Origin: Abditibacteriaceae bacterium
GTDB taxonomy: Bacteria > Armatimonadota > Abditibacteriia > Abditibacteriales > Abditibacteriaceae
DNA: 64,000 nt
NCBI GenBank assembly: GCA_965277285.1
Contig: OZ255721.1
Location: forward strand, 1,120,001-1,184,000
Reading direction: 5' to 3'
In this document: positions 18,503-28,864 of the stretch, one piece after another
How the letters are laid out: each line of letters starts with the position of its first letter
Numbering within the stretch: position 1 is the first letter of the stretch
Notes under the pieces: generated by a model
Seen by the model: only the letters and a program-made list of their open reading frames with translations
Told to the model about the DNA's origin: nothing
Database searches by the model: none
Program-made: the position numbers and the translations under genes

Positions 18503-20030
18503 AACGCCGCGACACGCCTCGAAAACTTCCGAACCGCGAAATGTTCCAAAATCGCGTATTTTGAGTACTCGAAAGCCCGTTTTACCAGAAAAAACAGCCT
18601 CGCAAGTTCGCACGAATGCGCGACAAACGGCGTTACGCGCTTTGACGCAGCTCGAAACGAGCGAGTCGCCGCTTTCTGCCCTGCTCGACGGACAAAAACA
18701 GGATAACGCCAGTCGCTCTTTTGCGCGCGAATTGGCGACCGGAACAATACGTCATCGTGCGCGCCTGGATTGGACAATCGAGCCTTTGCTGAAGAAACCG
18801 CTCGAGAAATTGGACGCGCCAGTACGCAACGCTCTGCGCCTGGCAGCTTATGAGCGCATCATTTTGCAGACGCCACATGCCGTCATCGCCGACGAATACG
18901 CCGAACTGATGCGCGGCGAAAAGCTGAAGTCCGCCGTTGCTTTTGTCAACGCCGTCGCGCGAAAATTGCCCGCGACATGGCGCAATTCACCTTCGCCCGA
19001 AAAAACACCAGCGCGTCATTTGGCGACTGAGTTTTCGCATCCTTTGTGGCTCGTCGAACGCTGGATCGCGCGTCTTGGTTTTGAGAAAACACAGGCTTTG
19101 TGCGCCGCCAATAACGAAATCGCGCCATTGTCTTTGCGTGTTAACACAACGAAAACCACGCGAGTTCGAGTACTCGAAAGCCTGCAAAGTCGCGGTCTGG
19201 CAGCGTTTGAAGGCGAACTTTCGCCGGACGCGATCTTGGTGGAAGGCGCCAATGGTTCGCCCGAAAGCTGGCCGGAATGGGCGCGCGGCGAAATTATCGC
19301 GCAGGACGAAGCCGCGCAACTCGTCGCTTTTGTTATGGCGCCGCAAGAAAACAGCTTTGTGGTTGATATGGCTGCGGCGCCTGGCGGAAAAACGACGCAT
19401 TTGGCGCAGTTGATGAACGACAAAGGCCGCATTCTGGCGCGCGACCGCAGCGAAGGTCGCCTTAAATTGGTGCGAGAAAATGCGGCTCGACTGGGTTTAG
19501 GTTGCATCGCAACGCAAGTCGTTGACGGACGAGAATCGCATACCCAATTGCTCCAACAAACGACCGAAGAAACACTTTGCGACGCGTTATTGCTGGATGC
19601 GCCGTGTCTGGGAACCGGAACTTTGCGTCGCCGACCAGATGCGAAATGGCGCAAAACGCCGGAAATGTTGGCTGAATTGGTGAATCTGCAACGCGAATTA
19701 CTCGATGCAGCAGCACTTGGGGTTTGCGTCGGCGGCGTTCTGGTCTACTCGACGTGTTCGCTGGAAAGCGAAGAAAACGAGGAACAAATCCAAGCGTTTT
19801 TAGCGCGTCACGCAAATTGGAAAGTCGACGAGGCGAGCGAAGTGCGTTCTGAAATCGGGCGATTGCGCGGCAATGATGGTTTCTGGCGAACCAGCCCTTC
19901 CGATGGCGCAGAAATCGCTGAAGTGCGCGCGATTTCGAATGCAACTTTCAATTCGGAAAACGTTCGAGAAGTTTCTTCGCATTCGCGTCCCGACGGCATG
20001 TTCGCGGCACGATTGCGACGCCTGCAATAA
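18495..20030 (+). CDS. rsmB: 16S rRNA (C967) m5C methyltransferase RsmB/Sun
   Basis: NusB-like N-terminus, DMAAAPGGKT, LLDAPCLGTG, YSTCSL; follows fmt. Confidence 0.93.
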   Translation: MDETPRHASKTSEPRNVPKSRILSTRKPVLPEKTASQVRTNARQTALRALTQLETSESPLSALLDGQKQDNASRSFARELATGTIRHRARLDWTIEPLLKKPLEKLDAPVRNALRLAAYERIILQTPHAVIADEYAELMRGEKLKSAVAFVNAVARKLPATWRNSPSPEKTPARHLATEFSHPLWLVERWIARLGFEKTQALCAANNEIAPLSLRVNTTKTTRVRVLESLQSRGLAAFEGELSPDAILVEGANGSPESWPEWARGEIIAQDEAAQLVAFVMAPQENSFVVDMAAAPGGKTTHLAQLMNDKGRILARDRSEGRLKLVRENAARLGLGCIATQVVDGRESHTQLLQQTTEETLCDALLLDAPCLGTGTLRRRPDAKWRKTPEMLAELVNLQRELLDAAALGVCVGGVLVYSTCSLESEENEEQIQAFLARHANWKVDEASEVRSEIGRLRGNDGFWRTSPSDGAEIAEVRAISNATFNSENVREVSSHSRPDGMFAARLRRLQ

Positions 20031-20081
20031 AGACGTGCCATAAGATCGAGTACTCGAAAGTAGAACGATCAAACGAAAATT

Positions 20082-20696
20082 ATGAAAATAGGCAAGAAGA
20101 GTTCCAACAAATGGGTCACGGTTGCGATTGAGATTTCAATTATAGTAGTGGCGATTTTCTTGGGCCTAATAATTCGCGTGGGTGTTTATGAGACCGCGAT
20201 TGTGACTTCCGGCTCGATGGAAGACACGCTGCAAGTCAACGACCGCATGCTGATCGATCATCGAGACAGTTTGCATGGTCAATGGCAGCGTGGCGATGTC
20301 GTGTTGTTCAACGATCCCGAATCGTGGAAGACATCAAATGACGGACAGCCTGCGGCTCCCGCCAGCGCCGCGCCCGCCGAAGACGGCGACGAATTGGTCA
20401 AACGCGTCATCGGCTTGCCGGGCGAAACGTTGCAAATCACGAACAACAAAATCTTCGTAAATGGGCAGCAATTGAGCGAACCCTACATCAAAAGCGCGAT
20501 GGACACGCCCGATTTTCAAATTGTTTTGGGCGCCAATCAATACTTTGTGATGGGCGATAACCGCAACAATTCGGATGATTCGCGCTTTCACGGCCCGATT
20601 GGTGACGGCGACATCATCGGACGCGCGGTGCGTTTGGTCGGGCCATTCGGTCGTTTCGGCGCGTTGCCGCATCCCGATTACGCAAATGCGCCGTAA
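20082..20696 (+). CDS. lepB: Signal peptidase I
   Basis: SGSMEDTL, LVKRVIGLPGE, MGDNRNNSDDSR. Confidence 0.92.
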   Translation: MKIGKKSSNKWVTVAIEISIIVVAIFLGLIIRVGVYETAIVTSGSMEDTLQVNDRMLIDHRDSLHGQWQRGDVVLFNDPESWKTSNDGQPAAPASAAPAEDGDELVKRVIGLPGETLQITNNKIFVNGQQLSEPYIKSAMDTPDFQIVLGANQYFVMGDNRNNSDDSRFHGPIGDGDIIGRAVRLVGPFGRFGALPHPDYANAP

Positions 20697-20716
20697 ATAC
20701 GCGATAATTGAACCTT

Positions 20717-21172
20717 ATGGAATCTTCTTCTGCTTCTTCGGGCGCGCGCTTGCTGGGACGCCCCGGCGTGCAACAATTCGCTAAGTTCTGTCTGGTTGGT
20801 GCCAGCAGTTTTATCATCGACTCGTCGATTTCGTTTCTGCTGTTCTTTGGGTTGCACGTTTCTGTCAATCTCGCCAACTCGGTTTCTTTTTTGGCGGGCG
20901 TCACGAACGGCTTTGTCTGGAACAGCCGCTGGACGTTCAGCCATATTGAAGTAGGCAATGCTCGCACTCGTTTCGCCAAGTTCTTGGCCGTTAATGTCGT
21001 TGGTTTAGCTTTGAACTTGTTGTGCGTCAACGCGATTTTGCTTTTTCTCAATGGTTCGGCGCATCACTCTGCGACCAGCAAAATTTCCTATTTTGTTGCA
21101 AAACTGGGCGCTTGCGCCGTCGTCGTTTTCTGGAACTTTTTCGCCAACAAACACTGGACGTTCAAAGCCTGA
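20717..21172 (+). CDS. GtrA family protein
   Basis: QFAKFCLVG, NSRWTF, WNFFANKHWTF. Confidence 0.88.
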   Translation: MESSSASSGARLLGRPGVQQFAKFCLVGASSFIIDSSISFLLFFGLHVSVNLANSVSFLAGVTNGFVWNSRWTFSHIEVGNARTRFAKFLAVNVVGLALNLLCVNAILLFLNGSAHHSATSKISYFVAKLGACAVVVFWNFFANKHWTFKA

Positions 21173-21173
21173 T

Positions 21174-23195
21174 ATGAACGTTCGCCCTTTTTGGAAATCG
21201 CCGCATTTCGTTCCTTTGCTGTTTCTTTTCGCGCTATGCAGTTTTTACTGGAATCGAGTACTCTTTTCTAACCAGGTTCTGCTGCCCGATTTCGGGCGTG
21301 GTTTCGCGCCGTTTGGCAGCGACCCGAAAGCGCCCTGGAACATTTTGCAATGGGATTCCCTCGCGCAATATTTCCCGTGGCGCACCTTCTCCGCGCAGCA
21401 AGTTCACGCTGGAAAAATCCCGTTGTGGAATCCGCATCAATTCGCCGGAACGCCGTTTTTAGCCAACGGTCAAAGCGCAGTTTTTTATCCCTTGAGCCTG
21501 CCGTTTTATCTTTTTGATGTGGCGCGCGCTTTTGGCGTTTCGGCGTGGCTGCATTCGCTGCTCGCCTGTTTTGCGACTTATTTTCTCGGTCAACAATGGC
21601 GACTTTCGCGCGCCGCGTCCCTGCTCGCCGCCGTCGCCTTCGGGTTTTGCGGATTTTTAACGTTCTGGATCACTTTGCCGACGCTTTCCAATACGGCGTC
21701 GTGGCTGCCGCTTTTGGTTTTGTTGTTCGAGCGCGCCGTCGCATCAAGAAGCGAAACGACAAAGAACGAAAAGACAAAAACGGCGGCGACGAACACGCGA
21801 TTTCGAGGACTCGATTTCTGGTTGTTGGTCATTGCGTTAGGCTGCGCGTATCTCGCGGGACATCCGCAGATTTTCTTTTATTGCCTGGTGGCGCTGGTTT
21901 TACGCGCGCTGACGTTTCCACTTGTCCAATGGAAAAACGCGTTGGCGATTTTCGTTCCGGCTGTCGTTGCCACGCTTTTTGGTTGCGCGTTGCAGATTTT
22001 GCCGACTTTGGAATTGGCGCGTTTGGGACATCGCGCCGGACAAGTTGCGGACGCCAAAGGCTGGGCGTTCGTGTCCGGCAACGCTTTGCATTCAGGCGAT
22101 TTGATGTCGCTCACCAATCCGTTCTGGCCATCGCTTTCCTTCAATGAAAACAAAGGTTACGTCGGTGTCGGCGTTTTGACCTTGATGCTCGCTGCAATCG
22201 TGTTTGCCTTCATCAACAGATTTTTTCTCGCCAACAGAAAAATAGCGGAATCGAGTACTCGAAACGACGCGTCGGGCTTTTGGTTTGCTTTCATCCTAAC
22301 GCTTTTCGGATTGTTGTATGCGCTGGCGTCGCCTTTGTCTGCGGCGTTTTACTTTCATGTTCCGGCCATCGCGCAAATGGGCGGCGTTGGGCGCGCCTTG
22401 TGCTTGTGGAGTTTGGGCGCGTCGTTGCTGGCCGGCTTTGGCCTGGATGCGTTGCGTGCGCGCATTCGCTCTTCGGTTTTGCCGTTGCTCGCGCTTGGCG
22501 TGGTGGCAGCGGAACTTTTCGCGGCGAGTTGGAACACGCAACCCACAGCGCCGCGCGCCGACATTTATCCCGCGACGCGCGTCACCACGTTTTTGCAAGA
22601 ACATACGCAAAACGGCGAGCGCGTTTTATTCTGGACGCCGCGCAAAGATTGGTTGCCGCGCGAAATTTTGATTCAAGAATCGCAGGACAGCGGCGTGCCT
22701 GAAGCGGCGCGAACGCATCCCGAAGGCATTTTGCCGCCCAACGGCGCGACGGTTTACGGCTTGAACGACGTGAACGGCTACGATTCGCTATCGAGCGGCG
22801 CGTATCGCCAGTTTTTGAATCAGGGCGAAGGCGTCGATGTTTCGCCGCCGCTCAACGGCAACATGGTTTTGATTAACAATGTCGGGTCGCCCGCGCTGGA
22901 TGCGCTCGATGTGCGCTACATTGTGGTGCCCGAACTGATGCCTGTTCCCAATGCGCGCGAAGTGTTGCGCACCGAGGGCTGCGTTGTCTTCGAGCGACAG
23001 CGAGTACTCGATGTATCGCACATTGTGACACAAAAAAGTGGGCGCGATTTCTTTCCAGGTTGGACAAACAATCAATATAATCCGACTTCGTTTCGGCTGG
23101 GATCGTTCTTGTCGCTTCTGATTTTGGGTTTGATGAGTGCTTGTTTCGGCGCTCGAATTGCAAGCAAGCGCGCCCGCTTTTCCACCACAAATTGA
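21174..23195 (+). CDS. YfhO-like multi-pass membrane glycosyltransferase (GT-C)
   Basis: GKIPLWNPHQFAGTPFLANGQSAVFYP, LAGHPQ, VNGYDSL; next to GtrA. Confidence 0.78.
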   Translation: MNVRPFWKSPHFVPLLFLFALCSFYWNRVLFSNQVLLPDFGRGFAPFGSDPKAPWNILQWDSLAQYFPWRTFSAQQVHAGKIPLWNPHQFAGTPFLANGQSAVFYPLSLPFYLFDVARAFGVSAWLHSLLACFATYFLGQQWRLSRAASLLAAVAFGFCGFLTFWITLPTLSNTASWLPLLVLLFERAVASRSETTKNEKTKTAATNTRFRGLDFWLLVIALGCAYLAGHPQIFFYCLVALVLRALTFPLVQWKNALAIFVPAVVATLFGCALQILPTLELARLGHRAGQVADAKGWAFVSGNALHSGDLMSLTNPFWPSLSFNENKGYVGVGVLTLMLAAIVFAFINRFFLANRKIAESSTRNDASGFWFAFILTLFGLLYALASPLSAAFYFHVPAIAQMGGVGRALCLWSLGASLLAGFGLDALRARIRSSVLPLLALGVVAAELFAASWNTQPTAPRADIYPATRVTTFLQEHTQNGERVLFWTPRKDWLPREILIQESQDSGVPEAARTHPEGILPPNGATVYGLNDVNGYDSLSSGAYRQFLNQGEGVDVSPPLNGNMVLINNVGSPALDALDVRYIVVPELMPVPNAREVLRTEGCVVFERQRVLDVSHIVTQKSGRDFFPGWTNNQYNPTSFRLGSFLSLLILGLMSACFGARIASKRARFSTTN

Positions 23196-23212
23196 TTTCA
23201 CAGGAGACGAAG

Positions 23213-23617
23213 ATGCCTTACACATTGGATGGTAGCGCGCTCAGCATCGCCGAAGAACCGAACTTGAAAGATGGCACGTTGTGGGTTCCGCTGCGCGCTG
23301 TTGGCGAAGCGCTGGGCGCCAAAGTCGCTTGGGATCCCGACAGCCAGGTCGCAATCGTTTATAACGGGCCGTACATTTATACGGTAAAAATCGGCGACGA
23401 AAGCGTCGATGTCGATGGCCAGAAGCTCGATTTGCAGGCCGCGCCCTTTACCGAAGGCGGCGACGCCTGGGTTCCCGTGCGCTTTTTCGAGCGCCCGATG
23501 GGTTATACCGTAAATGCCGACTGGCAAACCAAAAAAGTCGATATTGTGAATCCCGCGGCACAAGCCTCAACCACGCAATCGTCGGGCGGCGATGCGCAAG
23601 GCGATCCAGGCGCGTGA
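23213..23617 (+). CDS. Copper amine oxidase N-terminal (stalk) domain protein
   Basis: LWVPLRAVGEALGAKVAWD; WVPVRFF; AGGAG RBS. Confidence 0.82.
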   Translation: MPYTLDGSALSIAEEPNLKDGTLWVPLRAVGEALGAKVAWDPDSQVAIVYNGPYIYTVKIGDESVDVDGQKLDLQAAPFTEGGDAWVPVRFFERPMGYTVNADWQTKKVDIVNPAAQASTTQSSGGDAQGDPGA

Positions 23618-23655
23618 TGTTTCAATCGCAATGACAATTTAACTGAAAGTTAAAC

Positions 23656-23693
23656 AAGCCGGACGCAGTCGAGTACTCGATTGCGTCCGGCTT
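23656..23693. terminator. Hairpin with the 12-bp palindrome at its apex
   Basis: aagccggacgcag-tcgagtactcga-ttgcgtccggctt followed by T-rich sequence. Confidence 0.6.
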
Positions 23694-23711
23694 TCTGTTA
23701 AACCTTGATTC

Positions 23712-24545
23712 ATGGAAAACAACGGACTTTTGGCGATCATCGGCGGCACTGGCGTCGATCTGCACAGCGATACATCGCAGTTTTCTTCAGCGCGCGATGA
23801 AGTCGTGGAAACGTGTTGGGGTCGCACACAATTGACGCGCGCCGTTTTGGACGAACGCGAAATCGTTTTCCTGCAGCGCCACGCCGCGTCTTCGCTCGAC
23901 GGCAACAAAGTGCAGGGACAAGCGATTCCGCCACATCGCGTGAATTATCGCGCCAACATCGCCGCCTTGAAAAAATTGGGCGTGACGGCGATTTTCGCTT
24001 CGACAGCCGTTGGTTCGTTGCGCCGCGAACTGGCGCCTGGCTCGCTGGTTTTGCTCGATCAATTTATCGACTTGACGACGCAGCGCGCCAAAACTTTTTT
24101 CGATGATCGCGCTGTTCACATCGACATGACCGAACCGTATTGTTCGCGCTTGCGTTCGCTTCTCGCGCTGACGGCGCACGACTTGAACCTTGCGATGAGC
24201 GCGACGGGAACGTATGTTTGCGCCGATGGGCCGCGTTTTGAAACTGCGGCGGAAATTCGTCTTTATGCGAACTGGGGTGGCGACGTCGTCGGCATGACAG
24301 GCGTTCCCGAATGCACACTGGCGCGCGAAGCGAACATTTCCTATGCGGGCGTTTCGATTGTCACCAATCTCGCGGCAGGCATTTCGCCGACGCCTTTGAC
24401 GCAAGCCGAAGTCGTGGACGCCATGCGCGTTTCGCTGCCGCAATTGATGCAACTTTTCCTCGCCGCCGTCCGCGATTACCGCGATGATGCGCACACAGAA
24501 TCACGTTGCGCCACACAAGAATTCGGCTCGCCTTCGGTGTTTTAG
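23712..24545 (+). CDS. mtnP: S-methyl-5'-thioadenosine/inosine phosphorylase (MTAP family)
   Basis: IIGGTG, PPHRVNYRANI, GPRFETAAE, DVVGMT. Confidence 0.88.
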   Translation: MENNGLLAIIGGTGVDLHSDTSQFSSARDEVVETCWGRTQLTRAVLDEREIVFLQRHAASSLDGNKVQGQAIPPHRVNYRANIAALKKLGVTAIFASTAVGSLRRELAPGSLVLLDQFIDLTTQRAKTFFDDRAVHIDMTEPYCSRLRSLLALTAHDLNLAMSATGTYVCADGPRFETAAEIRLYANWGGDVVGMTGVPECTLAREANISYAGVSIVTNLAAGISPTPLTQAEVVDAMRVSLPQLMQLFLAAVRDYRDDAHTESRCATQEFGSPSVF

Positions 24546-24856
24546 TCGCTGAAAAAGACAACAAGCGCCAGAATTCTTCCATAATCGAGTACTCGAATAA
24601 TGCTAAGCGAACGGCGGCGTCGCTTCATTATCTTCTCTCCGAATCTTGCACGAAAAATATATTGAGAGAGCCGCCTAAATCTTCTTCTACTTAACACACA
24701 AGAAAGGTGACAAGATATATAATGAAGCCACAACATAACTCCAGACAATTTCAAGGAATCAAGAACAGCCATTGTTCTTTACCGTCCGCCGGGGTTGTCG
24801 CAGTTGGTGTCGTGGGGATTACGTCGGTTCAGCAAGAACCGGCGCAGGGAGAAGTT

Positions 24857-27700
24857 ATGCAACCTTCTTTGTTTCAGCCGAAGAATTGGTCGGCCAGGCG
24901 TTGGGGTTCAACAGCGTGTCTGCTGTTGCTGGTGATGTTGAACGTGTTGGGTGCGCTGGGTGCGTCGCCCTCGAATGCTGACGTCCAAAGATACAAAACC
25001 GATAATCTGGGCAGTGATGTCTCTCCAACTGCACTCAATGACAGTGGAGAAATCGTTGGTCAGGTAATGAACGGCAGTAATTCCTATGCCTTTCTACTTC
25101 CGAGTGCATCAAGCCCAAGGCAAGACTTGACGCCCTATTTGCCCGCTGGCACGACTTCCAGCATAGCTAACGACATCAACAGTTCGGGCCAGATTGTCGG
25201 CAATTTTAGTCCTTATGCGAACGGCACTGCCTTTTCGATTTCCAACGGCGTGGGGCAAGTTCTTCCGAGTGCAGCGACTGTTGCAACAGGCGTCAACGAT
25301 AGCGGGCAAATTACCGGTTATACCGGTTATGGATACGACGCTCCTGCTACTGTTTACTCCGATACCCGGAATGCTTACATCTACACCAACGGGACCATAA
25401 AAGAGATCAACAGCGTTTTCTATTATTCGCGGTCCAGTCATGGTAACGGCATTAACAACAACGGGCAGGTCACAGGCACTTTGCGTTACCTCGGGCCTCA
25501 CAATGGCCTCTACAACAATGCTTTTCGTTACACAGACTCGACCGGCGCGGTCGTCAGGGTCGGCGCCGGAGATGACAATTACGATAGTCTCGCCATCAAC
25601 GACTTGGGGCAATTTGTCGGAACGTATTCTGGCTCAAGCTCGAATTATCGCAACCGCGCTTTTCTGGCTGGCGGTGGAAACGATATTACACTTTCTTATT
25701 CCTATGGCGCCGGCTACTACGAAACCTCTGCCGTATCAATCAATAACAACGGGCAAGTCTTGGTCAACGTCAGGTTTACCGACTCTGCTACAGGTCAGTA
25801 TCAGCCACACGCTCTTCTTTATGACAGCGTAACAGGCGTGACGCAGGATCTCGACGACTTGATCTCCATTGCCGGTTGGCAGACAACCGCGGGAATAGAC
25901 ATCAACAACAACGGCCAGATCTTGGGCTATGGCAAGAAATTCGGTGTGCCTACCGCGTTTTTGATGACTCCTCCTGGCCCCAACGCTCCACCTCAAGGAT
26001 TGCAAGTGCGTTTCCGTCCGCGCGCAGATTTCGCTCAAACCACGCGCGGCGGCCAATTCCAGGGCAGCAATGACGGCACCAACTACACCACGCTGGCCAT
26101 CCTCTACAAGACACCACCTGAAAACACTTACACGCAAAGCGAGATCGGGCCAACTTTGTATCGCTATTTGCGCTACGTTGCGCCTAACGGGACATACACC
26201 GTGCTCGCTGAATTGGAGTTCTACAACGGCACAACGCGCCTGACAGGAACAGGATTCGGAACACCTGGCTCCTATAACAACCAAGGCAACGATTTCACTA
26301 AAGCTCTGGATGGCGATCCCACGACATTCTTTGATGCGCCAATCAATACTGGGCCCTTCGTCGGCATTGATACAGGTCCTTCAACAACGCCCACTCCCAC
26401 GCCAACACCTACGGCAACTCCGACACCGACACCAACCGCGACGCCCACTGCGACACCGACACCAACCGCGACGCCAACGCCGACCGCAACGCCCACCCCA
26501 ACACCTGGCACTGTTGCGTTGAGTGCACGTTATTATCCGCGCGCTGATGCACCCGGCACGATGGTCGGCGGCCAGTTCCAAGGCAGCAACGATGGCACCA
26601 ACTACACCACGCTGGCCACTATCACCACGCAACCCGCCAACAACCAGTACTCAACCATCAGCTTGGGTTCAACGATGTATCGCTACTTGCGCTACTTGTC
26701 ACCCAATGGCACTTACACCGTTGTCGCTGAACTTGAGTTCTACAACGGAACAACGCGCTTGACGGGAACAGGATTTGGCACACCAGGTTCCTACAGCAAC
26801 TTCGGTAACGGCTTCCAGAAGGCGTTGGATGGCGATCCTTCCACGTTCTTCGACGGGCCAACCAACACCGGCTCCTTCGTCGGCATTGATACAGGTCCAG
26901 TTGCCACTCCTGTTACGTTAAGTGCGCGCTACTATCCGCGCATTGATGCACCGGGCACGATGGTCGGCGGCCAATTCCAAGGCAGCAACGATGGCACCAA
27001 CTACACCACGCTGGCCACTATCACCACGCAACCCGCCAACAACCAGTACTCAACCATCAGCTTGGGTTCAACGATGTATCGCTACTTGCGCTACTTGTCA
27101 CCCAATGGCACTTACACCGTTGTCGCTGAACTTGAGTTCTACAACGGAACAACGCGCTTGACGGGAACAGGATTTGGCACACCAGGTTCCTACAGCAACT
27201 TCGGTAACGGCTTCCAGAAGGCGTTGGATGGCGATCCTTCCACGTTCTTCGACGGGCCAACCAACACCGGCTCCTTCGTCGGCATTGATACAGGTCCAGT
27301 TGCCACTCCTGTTACGTTAAGTGCGCGCTACTATCCGCGCATTGATGCACCGGGCACGATGGTCGGCGGCCAATTCCAAGGCAGCAACGATGGCACCAAC
27401 TACACCACGCTGGCCACTATCACCACGCAACCCGCCAACAACCAGTACTCAACCATCAGCTTGGGTTCAACGATGTATCGCTACTTGCGCTACTTGTCAC
27501 CCAATGGCACTTACACCGTTGTCGCTGAACTTGAGTTCTACAACGGAACAACGCGCTTGACGGGAACAGGATTTGGCACACCAGGTTCCTACAGCAACTT
27601 CGGTAACGGCTTCCAGAAGGCGTTGGATGGCGATCCTTCCACGTTCTTCGACGGGCCAACCAACACCGGCTCCTTCGTTGGTATTGATACGGGAAGTTAG
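24857..27700 (+). CDS. Secreted repeat protein: HAF-type extracellular repeats, PT linker and four galactose-binding-like (F5/8C-like) domains
   Basis: Signal peptide; repeated INxxGQ[IV]xG; TPTPTATP linker; four GGQFQGSNDGTNYTTL...YRYLRY...AELEFY modules; GGGAG before ATG 24857. Confidence 0.82.
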   Translation: MQPSLFQPKNWSARRWGSTACLLLLVMLNVLGALGASPSNADVQRYKTDNLGSDVSPTALNDSGEIVGQVMNGSNSYAFLLPSASSPRQDLTPYLPAGTTSSIANDINSSGQIVGNFSPYANGTAFSISNGVGQVLPSAATVATGVNDSGQITGYTGYGYDAPATVYSDTRNAYIYTNGTIKEINSVFYYSRSSHGNGINNNGQVTGTLRYLGPHNGLYNNAFRYTDSTGAVVRVGAGDDNYDSLAINDLGQFVGTYSGSSSNYRNRAFLAGGGNDITLSYSYGAGYYETSAVSINNNGQVLVNVRFTDSATGQYQPHALLYDSVTGVTQDLDDLISIAGWQTTAGIDINNNGQILGYGKKFGVPTAFLMTPPGPNAPPQGLQVRFRPRADFAQTTRGGQFQGSNDGTNYTTLAILYKTPPENTYTQSEIGPTLYRYLRYVAPNGTYTVLAELEFYNGTTRLTGTGFGTPGSYNNQGNDFTKALDGDPTTFFDAPINTGPFVGIDTGPSTTPTPTPTPTATPTPTPTATPTATPTPTATPTPTATPTPTPGTVALSARYYPRADAPGTMVGGQFQGSNDGTNYTTLATITTQPANNQYSTISLGSTMYRYLRYLSPNGTYTVVAELEFYNGTTRLTGTGFGTPGSYSNFGNGFQKALDGDPSTFFDGPTNTGSFVGIDTGPVATPVTLSARYYPRIDAPGTMVGGQFQGSNDGTNYTTLATITTQPANNQYSTISLGSTMYRYLRYLSPNGTYTVVAELEFYNGTTRLTGTGFGTPGSYSNFGNGFQKALDGDPSTFFDGPTNTGSFVGIDTGPVATPVTLSARYYPRIDAPGTMVGGQFQGSNDGTNYTTLATITTQPANNQYSTISLGSTMYRYLRYLSPNGTYTVVAELEFYNGTTRLTGTGFGTPGSYSNFGNGFQKALDGDPSTFFDGPTNTGSFVGIDTGS
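26520..27692 (+). repeat. Three near-identical 399-bp tandem repeats (133-aa domain)
   Basis: Unit period 399 bp (26523/26922/27321); identical shadow ORFs recur at that period. Confidence 0.95.
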
Positions 27701-27712
27701 TCTTATCTGCAC

Positions 27713-27755
27713 AATACAACAGCCGCACATCTATTTGATGTGCGGCTGTTGTATT
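27713..27755. terminator. Hairpin between convergent genes
   Basis: aatacaacagccgcacatc-tattt-gatgtgcggctgttgtatt. Confidence 0.75.
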
Positions 27756-27807
27756 CTCTACGGCTCCAACGATTGTCGAGAATGCGGCTCAGGTCCAGTC
27801 GAACAAG

Positions 27808-28770
27808 CTATTCGACAGTAATTTCTGGCGCCAGTGTTTTTAAGTCGTCGCGCAGTTGAATGACTGCAAGGTCTTTGGCTTTGGCTTCGCACATCACGTC
27901 GAATGGCACTTCGCCGCTGAAACGTTGCGCCACAGCGCGAGCAAACGGCACGAACACACTCGCATCAATCATCTCGGCGTGCTGCGTAGCGAGCGGCGCG
28001 GTCGCAGTTTTGACGATTTTCTTTGTGGTTTTGTCACGGCGTTCGATAATGCGATCTTCGATACGCGGACTGGAAAAGTGAATCTTGGGTCGACCTTTGT
28101 CCCACGTTTTTATGATGTCGCAGCACGCATCGACGACATCGCGCCCGTCAGGATTGTAGCAATTGTGATGCTGATGATCGAAAATGCAACGAACGCCGGT
28201 CGCTTCGTGAATGCGCAGAACATCATCCACGCCCCACGATTTATCGTCGTTTTCCAGCACGACACGACGCTTGGCGGCCTCGGGCAAACGATTGAAGCGT
28301 TCGATGAAACGACTGCGCGCGGCATCGCGGTCGTCATAAACGCCGCCGACGTGTGTCACGACAACCGCGTCATCGTTTTGTCCCATCATATCTAAAATAC
28401 GCGCCTGGGCATCAAGGTCGCACATTGATGTTTCGGTCAGCTTTTCGTTGGGCGAATTCAGCAGAATGTACTGCGATGGATGAAAACTCAGGCGCAGATT
28501 CATCGTTTGCGCGCGCTTTCCCAAAGCGGTCAGTTCATCGCGCGCTTCTTCCAGTTGGTTGTGAAACTGCGGCAGATCGGGATGCGTGAGATACGGCGCG
28601 AAATCTGAAGACAACCGATACATCGAGATGCGCGTTTCCTGCAGATAATCGAAGATTTGGTGAACGTATTCAATCGAGGTGCGCAAATGCGGCGCGTTCT
28701 GCCAACGTCGCGCATCGTTGCTTTTCAAACCTTCGCGTCCCAGCACTTTTACAGCAAAACCTAATCTCAT
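27808..28770 (-). CDS. uvsE: UV DNA damage endonuclease
   Basis: MRLGF, YRLSSD, RLSFHPSQY, LENDDK, FDHQHH, PKIHFSS, MCEAKAKDLA. Confidence 0.92.
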   Translation of the reverse strand: MRLGFAVKVLGREGLKSNDARRWQNAPHLRTSIEYVHQIFDYLQETRISMYRLSSDFAPYLTHPDLPQFHNQLEEARDELTALGKRAQTMNLRLSFHPSQYILLNSPNEKLTETSMCDLDAQARILDMMGQNDDAVVVTHVGGVYDDRDAARSRFIERFNRLPEAAKRRVVLENDDKSWGVDDVLRIHEATGVRCIFDHQHHNCYNPDGRDVVDACCDIIKTWDKGRPKIHFSSPRIEDRIIERRDKTTKKIVKTATAPLATQHAEMIDASVFVPFARAVAQRFSGEVPFDVMCEAKAKDLAVIQLRDDLKTLAPEITVE

Positions 28771-28790
28771 AATCGAGTACTCGATGTTGC

Positions 28791-28864
28791 AACAAAACCT
28801 CAATCGGAAGCGCGAGATGATGTAAGTGATGTTTCAGCCCCGCGCTTCCGATTGAGGTTTTGTT
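28791..28864. repeat. Inverted repeat with 24-bp arms
   Basis: aacaaaacctcaatcggaagcgcg ... cgcgcttccgattgaggttttgtt, starting at the stop of the upstream gene. Confidence 0.8.

Noticed and set aside
26385..26505. Short-period repeat as a contingency locus
   Set aside because: It encodes an ordinary Pro/Thr linker with varied codons.
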